A DNA stretch of 64,000 bases from a virus (IMGVR_UViG_3300022555_000032:1-64000), one strand, 5' to 3'; shown: positions 40,299 to 47,450, counted from the stretch's first letter. A program made the numbers and translations. The notes: a model not told the origin generated them from the sequence alone.

Positions 40299-40889
40299 TT
40301 AATTAATTAAAGCTTCAACAAGATCTGATTTACAACCATGTTCATCATCATCTGTAATAAGCTGATTACAGGAAAGGACATTATCATAGATAGCCGACCG
40401 CTCGATTTGTTCTTCAAGATACCAATCAGGAACCAAATTTAAGCCTGTAGGACATACGTTAGCCTTAAGCTGATAGCTTATATCACTTTTAACTGAAGTC
40501 TCTTCCAGCGCCTTTATTTTAATGTTCTGATACTCTTCAGGGAGTAGTTTAGATAACAATGGAACAGCGCTTAGATAAAAGGCATCTAATTCCATTTGAA
40601 AGGAGATCTTTTTAAACTGATTGATCATTGATAGATAGAATTTAGGCTTTGGCCTATAGAACAATGTACCATCTTCGAGCGTAACCTTCTCTTCAACATA
40701 ATCCTTAACAAGGACACCGCTCTTGTTAGTAAATGGATTTGATATAATTATCTTATCTTTGTCAGACTTGATAACATATCCTGCTTTTTCGGCCCAACCA
40801 GCTATTAGTTTTGTCTCTGAAGGACGAAGATCATTACTAAAGTTGTTTAATACAAATTGATTAACAATAAACGAACTATTCTTTTTCAT
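40299..40889 (-). CDS. Hypothetical protein (start revised to MKKNSS)
   Basis: 196 aa. Confidence 0.55.
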   Translation of the reverse strand: MKKNSSFIVNQFVLNNFSNDLRPSETKLIAGWAEKAGYVIKSDKDKIIISNPFTNKSGVLVKDYVEEKVTLEDGTLFYRPKPKFYLSMINQFKKISFQMELDAFYLSAVPLLSKLLPEEYQNIKIKALEETSVKSDISYQLKANVCPTGLNLVPDWYLEEQIERSAIYDNVLSCNQLITDDDEHGCKSDLVEALIN

Positions 40890-41121
40890 AATACATAGGT
40901 TTAATAACGTGAAACTGATTAATAAGAACAATACTTATCTCACTATCTACAAGAAGCTAGGCTTTAAAGACTCAAAGCTATTGTCTGCAGTGGAGATGGT
41001 GCTGAAAATGCACATTAATGAATTACAAAAGGAAGTAAAAGGTCCAGGACGGATCCTCATGCCAACCATGCTGATCAAGACAAGACGACCAGACAGAAAG
41101 AAAATAAGATGAACATAACCA

Positions 41122-41158
41122 AAAAGAAAGGCCCGGACATTAAATCCCGGGCCTTTTA
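41122..41158 (-). terminator. Intrinsic (possibly bidirectional) terminator
   Basis: AAAGGCCCGG/CCGGGCCTTT 10-bp stem with U-runs on both strands. Confidence 0.8.
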
Positions 41159-41192
41159 AATAACAGATAATATAAATCAAGTGGCTAAATTA

Positions 41193-41609
41193 TCAGGCTA
41201 TAGCTTGCCGTTGTATGGAGCCGTTACGAGCAACCGGGTTAATAGCCGGATATGTTTTATGGTAGAAAGGATTAACAGGGGAATAAGAAGTATGGCCAAA
41301 CATAAATTCACTCTTATAAGTTATCCCTTTTGTCCTTTCGCTCCACATAAGAGCTGAAACACAGATATAATCCTTATACGGATCATCTGCAGGCCGGAAT
41401 CCCGGGTTATTGGTTGATAAAGCACTCCAGGATTCTCCTGGCAGGTCGGCAGTCATCGTGGATATATTTATTAAACTAACTGATACATACGTACCAGGTG
41501 GCTTAACAATCAATCCAGAAGATGCCTGAGAGGTCATAACGCTCCCAATCAGCAAGATCATAAGAAGTCCAAAAACTCCGTAGATCCATTTCATTGTTTT
41601 CATAGGCAC
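41193..41609 (-). CDS. Secreted/membrane-anchored hypothetical protein
   Basis: MKTMKWIYGVFGLLMILLIGSVMTSQA signal-like N-terminus. Confidence 0.55.
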   Translation of the reverse strand: MPMKTMKWIYGVFGLLMILLIGSVMTSQASSGLIVKPPGTYVSVSLINISTMTADLPGESWSALSTNNPGFRPADDPYKDYICVSALMWSERTKGITYKSEFMFGHTSYSPVNPFYHKTYPAINPVARNGSIQRQAIA

Positions 41610-41791
41610 TCCTATTGGTTAGTTATTAATCATCATTTCTCATGTAGATAGGTTAAACTACTGATGATTAGAATCCTATTTTAGTCATAAAAGCAATATA
41701 GATATTGATATTAAAAAGAAAGTACAGTGCTATTAACAAGCACGTTCCACTAACACATATTCCTAAATAATGCCATGGATAATCCTTAATA

Positions 41792-42286
41792 TCAGTTAGG
41801 ATTGTTTTGATCGTTGATCGGGATAATAATCGAATGATCGCAGACGTATGGACATGGTCCGGATCCTTGACTTGGTGTTGCATAGTATAATGTATTAATA
41901 TTGTTTCCATTACGATCTGTTGAACATACTGTAGAAATGTTAAGAGTACCATCTTTGGCTATAGTTATCCTACAGCCTACGGTTGATTCGCTTTGAAAAA
42001 GAATAGACATTGCTTCGTATTGCCAACGATTAACTAAGAATGATTTAAATACACCATTAATAGGTGTTGGCTTAGAATTGAGATATTGTTCCTGGAATTC
42101 TTTCGCAAGACCATACGAGATAAGCTGCATAAATGGATTGTTTTGAGGCTGTATAACAGCTTCTTTTAGGTTAGCCGAAGGATATACTGGTTTAGCTTCG
42201 TCCTTCTTCGTACAACTCATAATAGAGAATACAAGCATGTACATCAAAACGCAAAACGCAAAGATTCGTACCTGATGTTTTTTCAT
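41792..42286 (-). CDS. Lipoprotein
   Basis: Basic + hydrophobic N-terminus, lipobox IMSC followed by TKKDE; C-terminal GPCPYVC. Confidence 0.7.
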   Translation of the reverse strand: MKKHQVRIFAFCVLMYMLVFSIMSCTKKDEAKPVYPSANLKEAVIQPQNNPFMQLISYGLAKEFQEQYLNSKPTPINGVFKSFLVNRWQYEAMSILFQSESTVGCRITIAKDGTLNISTVCSTDRNGNNINTLYYATPSQGSGPCPYVCDHSIIIPINDQNNPN

Positions 42287-42317
42287 TGTAACTGTTTTAG
42301 TTAATGGTTAATGATTT

Positions 42318-42411
42318 GAAGAAAAGAAAAGAAAGGATGGATAGTAATTGAGGAAATATAGCTACACATTTGTCAACTGATGAGGCACCCATACCTTTCT
42401 TTCTATGAATG
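42318..42411 (-). ncRNA. Candidate small RNA/leader attenuator
   Basis: Multi-segment hairpin 42328-42402 with minus-strand G-U pairs, U-rich tail, directly after a TATATTTG -7 box. Confidence 0.55.
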
Positions 42412-42417
42412 GAACAA

Positions 42418-42425
42418 CAAATATA
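42418..42425 (-). promoter_or_regulatory. Bacteroidota sigma-ABfr type -7 element (TAnnTTTG)
   Basis: TATATTTG on minus strand in intergenic DNA; no clear -33 at canonical spacing. Confidence 0.5.
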
Positions 42426-42555
42426 TAAAATAAATTATGAAAAATCAGATAAGCAAAAGAAATGAATATGCTAAACGGTATTGATTAAATTTTCCCCTCT
42501 CTTTTCAACACCTATGCTTACACCAGCTTCCTTTCATTTCTTCGCTCAAGACTAA

Positions 42556-42670
42556 GACATATGCTAACTGAGGTAACTAGGAGTTATCACTACCCCATGG
42601 ATCCAGATTTCGATCCCCATTGTTGCCTGTTTCACTTGACTCACCCCTTCCCGAGAGGATAACATATGCC
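42556..42670 (-). ncRNA. Candidate multibranch structured RNA
   Basis: Closing pairs GGCATATG/CATATGTC and GTTATC/GATAAC, inner GGATC/GATCC; GC-rich in non-coding DNA. Confidence 0.35.
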
Positions 42671-42851
42671 TTAAATATCATCTTCTCTTGAATCTATTTC
42701 TTTCTCTTTGTTCATAGTCAGCACGAACTTCTGCCTCCCTACTTTTATCAGTAATGAAGATGATTGTCTTACCACCATTCAACACTATCGGATATTTGTC
42801 TTTTACAGATCCACAAATTACTCAATAGAATCAAACCATCCGGCAATATAT

Positions 42852-42897
42852 ATTGTGGAATCTATGTCAAAGATACAATCTGAAAGCAATTCACAAC
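42852..42897 (-). CRISPR. Solitary type II-C (Bacteroidota) CRISPR repeat unit, no cas genes
   Basis: GTTGTGAATTGCTTTCAGATTGTATCTTTGACATAGATTCCACAAT, 46 nt, GTTGTG...CACAAT termini; 29 of first 32 aligned columns match the B. fragilis II-C repeat as recalled. Confidence 0.8.
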
Positions 42898-43035
42898 TAA
42901 TCCCTTGTTGTTGATCAAGAATATCAACCTTAGCTCTCCTTTTACGTTCCATTTCTTTAAACTCTTTTCTAGTTGTAATTCTAGAAGGAGTAACCGCATA
43001 CCTACGTTTCATAAAGATTTAATTAGATTGTTAAA

Positions 43036-43067
43036 CAAATGTATGAATTATGATAGAATGTTAGCAA
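43036..43067 (-). promoter_or_regulatory. Host-type promoter upstream of the CRISPR repeat
   Basis: TTG-N21-TACATTTG on minus strand. Confidence 0.55.
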
Positions 43068-43143
43068 TTATTACCAGTGCGCCCATTGCTAAGGCACCAA
43101 GAATGATCTTGATAAGTATTACTGGAACTTCGACTAGTTTCAT
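43048..43143 (-). CDS. 31-aa single-pass membrane peptide (not in ORF track)
   Basis: MKLVEVPVILIKIILGALAMGALVIIANILS; starts 5 nt after the lipoprotein stop. Confidence 0.55.
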   Translation of the reverse strand: MKLVEVPVILIKIILGALAMGALVIIANILS

Positions 43144-43147
43144 ATAG

Positions 43148-43534
43148 CTAATTTTTATAGACTATTGTTAGTTTCAATTGAATGATTGTACCTGGAGATG
43201 CATTAAGTCTTCCTATCAGACTATTATCATCATTCATTAGATACTTAATATCTAAATTTTGATTAAAATATCCTTTAGATAGGACTATTGAATCAAGATC
43301 ATTTGATGATTTAGTCTTTAAAAGTAGTAGAACCGGACTCTTATCTGTATATACTGTACCATTCATACCTAAAACACTAATAGGATTACTCATTAATGTT
43401 TTAAAGGTAGGAATATTAAAATCACCAACAGGTATTGAGATCTGAATGGTTTGAAAGGGAAGGATATCTGATTGTTCCTGTTTAGAACAAGAGATCAATG
43501 CCAAAATGATAATAAGAAACAAAGTTGTTTTCAT
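43148..43534 (-). CDS. Lipoprotein
   Basis: MKTTLFLIIILALISC-SKQEQ lipobox. Confidence 0.75.
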   Translation of the reverse strand: MKTTLFLIIILALISCSKQEQSDILPFQTIQISIPVGDFNIPTFKTLMSNPISVLGMNGTVYTDKSPVLLLLKTKSSNDLDSIVLSKGYFNQNLDIKYLMNDDNSLIGRLNASPGTIIQLKLTIVYKN

Positions 43535-43577
43535 CGTCTTGATATTAGGTTAATAAATGAATGAATAAGGCTAAAAG

Positions 43578-43653
43578 AAGCCCCTGGATACACGATCGGC
43601 GCAAGATGACCCTATGACATATCATCAACAGCAACTACGTTCACCAGAGGCTT
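43578..43653 (-). ncRNA. Long-stem intergenic RNA element
   Basis: AAGCCTCTGG/CCAGGGGCTT 10-bp closing stem (G-U on minus only), inner GATGAT/GTCATC, followed by CTTTT. Confidence 0.5.
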
Positions 43654-43906
43654 AATGTTATTCTTCAAAGAGGGAGAATCGGACTCCCTTTCAGATCTTT
43701 CTTCTTCGATTAATCTGTGTACTCCCACTGTACGACCTTGCCAGCAATAAGTAAAGATCTCTTGCAGGACTTATATCCTCTTATAAGCCGAATGATATTG
43801 ATCAAGTGATACAATACTATAGATTGTACTCTTTGATGCGAACCAGCCACTCATAAGCTATTAAATAGACAAGAGATCTCTTAGGTGATACTTACTTAAG
43901 TAATAA

Positions 43907-44194
43907 TCACTCAAGCAATTCTTTTTGATTAGAAAACAGATAAACTTTTTTATCTGAAGAAATTTCATGAGAAACACAGGCACGTATACCCTGATATTTA
44001 AGTGAATTTAGTCTATTGGGTTCATTAGTTTCAGTAGGACATACTCCGTATACTTGAAATATACCAGCATCAACCTGAGCAATAAATTGTTTCTGTCCGT
44101 CTGTATCTATTAATCCAATACATGCGTGATCATCAATCTTATCCAATGGTATGACTGGTTCCTGTTGATACTTAATAATTCTTTGCATAATCAA
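43907..44194 (-). CDS. Hypothetical protein
   Basis: 95 aa, with AAGGAG-containing leader. Confidence 0.6.
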   Translation of the reverse strand: MIMQRIIKYQQEPVIPLDKIDDHACIGLIDTDGQKQFIAQVDAGIFQVYGVCPTETNEPNRLNSLKYQGIRACVSHEISSDKKVYLFSNQKELLE

Positions 44195-44347
44195 TTCTCC
44201 TTTAAGTTAGTTAAACATTAATACTCTATAACTCTACATTCCGGCCCCAACGATCGCATGTACGAACACTTGAACCAGAACTGATGAACAACTCAACTCC
44301 ACCTGCCAACCTCCCTATATAGCTCGCTACGCATCCACATCACCATT

Positions 44348-44381
44348 CCCGACCATTATACCCTATTACCCCTTTACCCCC
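44348..44381 (-). other. G-quadruplex-capable tract
   Basis: Minus strand GGGGG-TAAA-GGGG-TAATA-GGG-TATAATGGTC-GGG. Confidence 0.45.
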
Positions 44382-44592
44382 ATAATAAACACTATTAAGG
44401 TTATCACAAGAGACAAAGGATAGATGAAAGCCTTATCACTACTGATGTTTCAGCTACTCTTATAGTCTATTATGATAATATCTTAAAAGGTATAAATGAT
44501 CATCATGAGCTCTCTCTATTAATAGATGAATATTAATTGATTAGCTATGTTATTTAGAAAGTACAATTTTACACATGCCTTTTGGGTTGTCT

Positions 44593-44603
44593 CCACTCGG
44601 GAG
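44593..44603. repeat. 11-nt direct repeat CCACTCGGGAG, copy 1
   Basis: Exact copy at 45684-45694; both have AATTTTAC to their left on the + strand. Confidence 0.7.
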
Positions 44604-44794
44604 ATAATTAAACTAAAGGTCTGATAATCAATCCTAGCATGTCCATTCTAAATAAGGAATTGACTTGTGACTATACCATGTGTATCCCTCCATGCATAAA
44701 TGATCATTATGAATGACTCTTGAGCACCCTATGAATTGATCCAATAATAATAAGTGTGCGATTTTAGGCACGCCATATATATATAGGAACAATT

Positions 44795-44874
44795 AAAAAA
44801 AATAAACCAAGCACACGTCAGTTCGTGATTAAGATCTCTTGTACGGGAATAGCGCGATGAGATCACTTGGTTTA
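44795..44874 (-). ncRNA. Long-stem RNA/terminator-like element
   Basis: TAAACCAAGTG/TGCTTGGTTTA closing stem, inner GATCTC/GAGATC, then U8. Confidence 0.55.
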
Positions 44875-45212
44875 ACTCAGGCAATAACTGGTCGCTAACC
44901 CTTCTCTTTGGCCTTATATGATCAAGCGTGTACGATCAATGCCCCCATGATAACATATAATGAATCAGGTCTTATCGTTTGTTCAAAGATACCTGATGAT
45001 CATCCATCTTTTCTATTTGCTATCAAAATCTCAACACATCAAAATAGTGCTGAACATATTGATAACAGTGATTAAGAACAACAAAAATAGTAAAGTTAAC
45101 TCATTCTCCTTGCGATATAAATAGTTCTCCCTATGGATGGACGTAATTATAAGCACCAGGAAGAGATGATCGCCATACAAGTATTAACCTCGTCCTATAG
45201 ATTGACTAGAAG

Positions 45213-45243
45213 AAAAAAAAGTCCTTCCCCGAAGGGAAGGATC
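45213..45243 (-). terminator. Strong intrinsic terminator with UUCG loop
   Basis: TCCTTCCC-TTCG-GGGAAGGA followed by U8. Confidence 0.9.
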
Positions 45244-45248
45244 TTTTC

Positions 45249-45638
45249 TTAACGGTGGCTTACAACCATCCTGAACGGGAACTGAGGATTACTTGCATCT
45301 GCTTCGTAACCAACCTCAACGCCTGCCTTAAAGCGAACAAAGCCTTCTGCTGAACCTTTCTCAAACAATGGTTCATTGTTGTACTTTGCCTGCCAAACGC
45401 CCATAATGGTGCTTGCATAGGTCTTGACGTTCTGCCCTGTTAGCCTCATCTTAAGCACGAAGTCAGGCGTATCAACGCCTTTCTTCTTACGCTCGGTGAT
45501 TGAAACAATGACAGGTGAAACAGGAGATATCTCGCTCTTAGGGAGCCATCCTCCAATCTCACTTGGTTTAACATTGTTCAATAAGGACAAAGGAATTTCA
45601 ATTCCTTGTTCCGTCGATGTTGTTGCTAAATCGATCAT
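45249..45638 (-). CDS. Monocistronic first gene of leftward block (129 aa; possible nucleic-acid-binding protein)
   Basis: A-rich leader CAAAAAGTAAAATG, own terminator, higher GC codon usage. Confidence 0.65.
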   Translation of the reverse strand: MIDLATTSTEQGIEIPLSLLNNVKPSEIGGWLPKSEISPVSPVIVSITERKKKGVDTPDFVLKMRLTGQNVKTYASTIMGVWQAKYNNEPLFEKGSAEGFVRFKAGVEVGYEADASNPQFPFRMVVSHR

Positions 45639-45683
45639 TTTACTTTTTGTTAGGATTGTTAATACTAATTTAATTTTACCCAA

Positions 45684-45694
45684 CCACTCGGGAG
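45684..45694. repeat. 11-nt direct repeat CCACTCGGGAG, copy 2
   Basis: See 44593-44603; 45 nt upstream of the 45638 start. Confidence 0.7.
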
Positions 45695-45745
45695 GTGTAG
45701 GGGGGTGCCTGGGGAGAGGGGTATATCAAATAAAAAAGGGGTGGG
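45690..45745 (+). other. G-rich tract at strand switch (G4-capable; possible terminus/origin signal)
   Basis: Six G3-G6 runs in 56 nt in an AT-rich genome. Confidence 0.55.
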
Positions 45746-45841
45746 TGTGTTTAAAACTCACTATTGGTATGTTGTTGATAAATTTAATAGAAATGATAAG
45801 GGGGTATGTTTGAGTATATGTAAATTTGTAGAAAAAAGAAT

Positions 45842-46351
45842 ATGAAAAGAGAGTCAGAAGTTTTAATGAAGTATGATGTTACCAAGGATGGTATTGTCTC
45901 AAATAGAGAGACTGGTAGGATTTTGAAGCATCAGGTATCGTATAAGGGGTATCTAAGGGTTGCAGTTTTTCTTGAAGGTAAGCAGCACAATGTACGGATA
46001 CATAGATTAGTTGCGACTAAGTATGTTCCCAATCCATTTGAGTATTCTCAGGTGAATCATAAAGATTCTAATAAACAGAACAATCATTATTCTAACCTTG
46101 AGTGGTGTACTAATAAGATGAATCACGATCATGCAGTTGATAATGGAACAATAATTCATCTCGGTAGTCATGCACCTATGGCAGTATTGAATGAAGAAGA
46201 GGTATTGGACATCCGGATTAGATTAAGGAATGGTGAATCACACAGTAGTCTTTACAATGGGTTTAAGGATAGGATCAGCTGGTGGACCTTCAGGGATATG
46301 TTAAGAGGAAAGGCATGGAAGCATGTTGTTCTTGAAGATTGCAAACAATGA
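45842..46351 (+). mobile_element. HNH homing endonuclease (HNH_3-type with C-terminal DNA-binding helix)
   Basis: KGYLRV...IHRLVA...PNP....VNHKDSNKQNNHYSNLEWCT...N. Confidence 0.9.
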
Positions 46352-46402
46352 GATGTTAAAAAAAGATTGATAGGAATGATATGTTGTATTGTACGGGATA
46401 CT

Positions 46403-46410
46403 TATATTTG
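46403..46410 (+). promoter_or_regulatory. Host-type -7 element
   Basis: TATATTTG 30 nt before the Tad2-like start; TTG at 46384-46386. Confidence 0.6.
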
Positions 46411-46439
46411 CTCTTAGTATTCATTTAAAGATATGTTAT

Positions 46440-46781
46440 ATGTTATTTAGAGATGTAAGTGGTCAGTTAAGAGATGGGTTGATGGTAAGAAGGACATCGT
46501 GGCCGGAGGGTACGTTTATCTTCAGACAGGTGCCAGCTATCATCAGCAAGACGATCGTTCCAGGGATGCAGTCTTTACCCGCTGTAGTCAAAGAAGAGTT
46601 CCTAAGACGTTTTAAGGACGATTCATACCAGGTTAGTGAGATCTATTACAACGATCAGATAGCGATCGTCAACGCTTCCAATTTGATCCAGGGATGGGGC
46701 GCATTGCCTGTAGACTTGCTAGCAGAAGACTGGACCGTCTATTATGTCATTACTAACATCATTCCAGTACCGGAGGGATAG
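46440..46781 (+). CDS. tad2: DUF2829 / Thoeris anti-defence Tad2-like protein (start revised)
   Basis: G.MVRR.SW....IFRQVPA.I...IVP.MQSLP...GW....DLLAEDW. Confidence 0.75.
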   Translation: MLFRDVSGQLRDGLMVRRTSWPEGTFIFRQVPAIISKTIVPGMQSLPAVVKEEFLRRFKDDSYQVSEIYYNDQIAIVNASNLIQGWGALPVDLLAEDWTVYYVITNIIPVPEG

Positions 46782-46782
46782 T

Positions 46783-46956
46783 ATGTGCTACATGGGTGCC
46801 AAAGGTAAAGAAGAAAAGAAGTTTAAGAAACTTGAATGGGAAGGTCATACAGTTAAGATAACTGATGCTAGTCCACTTGATCAGGATGGTCCAAGATGGA
46901 TAATCATTGATCCGGAAGAGTTCTTTAAGGAGAAAAGAAACAATGTTCCTCTATAA
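46783..46956 (+). CDS. Small hypothetical protein (57 aa, start revised)
   Basis: MCYMGAKGKEEKK... Confidence 0.45.
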   Translation: MCYMGAKGKEEKKFKKLEWEGHTVKITDASPLDQDGPRWIIIDPEEFFKEKRNNVPL

Positions 46957-46967
46957 GTTAATTTAAG

Positions 46968-47198
46968 ATGTTTATAGGATACATAAGAGATAAGTTGGCA
47001 CCACCTATCATAGTACTTATTATCTCGTCTCTACTGACCTATATCGGCAATATAAAAAGCATGGATAGAGAAGATAACAGGAAGTCAACTGACGATCGCC
47101 AGGATGAATGTATCCAAGATAGAATAGATCACGACAGAATTCAGGATAGCACAATAGCATTAATTCTTAAATACCAATACGATGGCATTAAACATTGA
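46968..47198 (+). CDS. Small membrane protein
   Basis: N-terminal TM helix PPIIVLIISSLLTYIG. Confidence 0.55.
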   Translation: MFIGYIRDKLAPPIIVLIISSLLTYIGNIKSMDREDNRKSTDDRQDECIQDRIDHDRIQDSTIALILKYQYDGIKH

Positions 47199-47427
47199 GA
47201 ACAAACTGCATATGACTCTTCGGGATAAAGAAGAGAAGAAGATCTATGTAGGAACAACTAAAGAGCCTCTGGCTGAAGCTGCAGGTATCCATGTCAATAC
47301 TCTATGGAACTATTATAACAGCGCCATATCACAAGGAGGATTCTTTGAAAACGATAGATATATGTTGTTGGTTTCGTGGATCTATGTCAAAGCTAATCGT
47401 GGTCGTAAAAGTATTAACTTGACTTAA
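47182..47427 (+). CDS. Possible HTH DNA-binding protein
   Basis: PLAEAAGIHVNTLWNY. Confidence 0.5.
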   Translation: MALNIENKLHMTLRDKEEKKIYVGTTKEPLAEAAGIHVNTLWNYYNSAISQGGFFENDRYMLLVSWIYVKANRGRKSINLT

Positions 47428-47442
47428 TCAAAAGAAAACTAT

Positions 47443-47450
47443 TATATTTG
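47443..47450 (+). promoter_or_regulatory. Host-type promoter
   Basis: TTG (47419-47421)-N21-TATATTTG. Confidence 0.6.

Noticed and set aside
40909-41112. 67-aa plus-strand GTG ORF in the leftward block
   Set aside because: Against the operon direction, overlaps the probable leader of the next minus gene, no recognisable features
42377-42383. CTGATGA with upstream GAAA, hammerhead-like
   Set aside because: No room or complementarity for stems I and III on the plus strand; the pairing fits the minus-strand hairpin instead
42818-43012. 64-aa minus-strand ORF reading through the CRISPR repeat
   Set aside because: Its C-terminal part is just the translated repeat and spacer; treated as probably incidental, although a short leader peptide cannot be excluded
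42700-43100. Conventional multi-spacer CRISPR array or cas operon
   Set aside because: Only one full repeat seen, and no cas1/cas2/cas9 motifs anywhere in the window
43672-43688. T-arm-like hairpin as a full tRNA gene
   Set aside because: No matching acceptor stem about 49 nt upstream; kept only as part of an RNA-element finding
43821-43836. AGATTGTACTCTTTGA, resembling the repeat core on the opposite strand
   Set aside because: 15-nt match with an indel and unrelated flanks; roughly expected by chance in 64 kb
43729-46400. Recurrent TGTACG hexamer and AGATCTCTTG decamer in the control region
   Set aside because: Too short and GATC-biased to separate from chance without statistics
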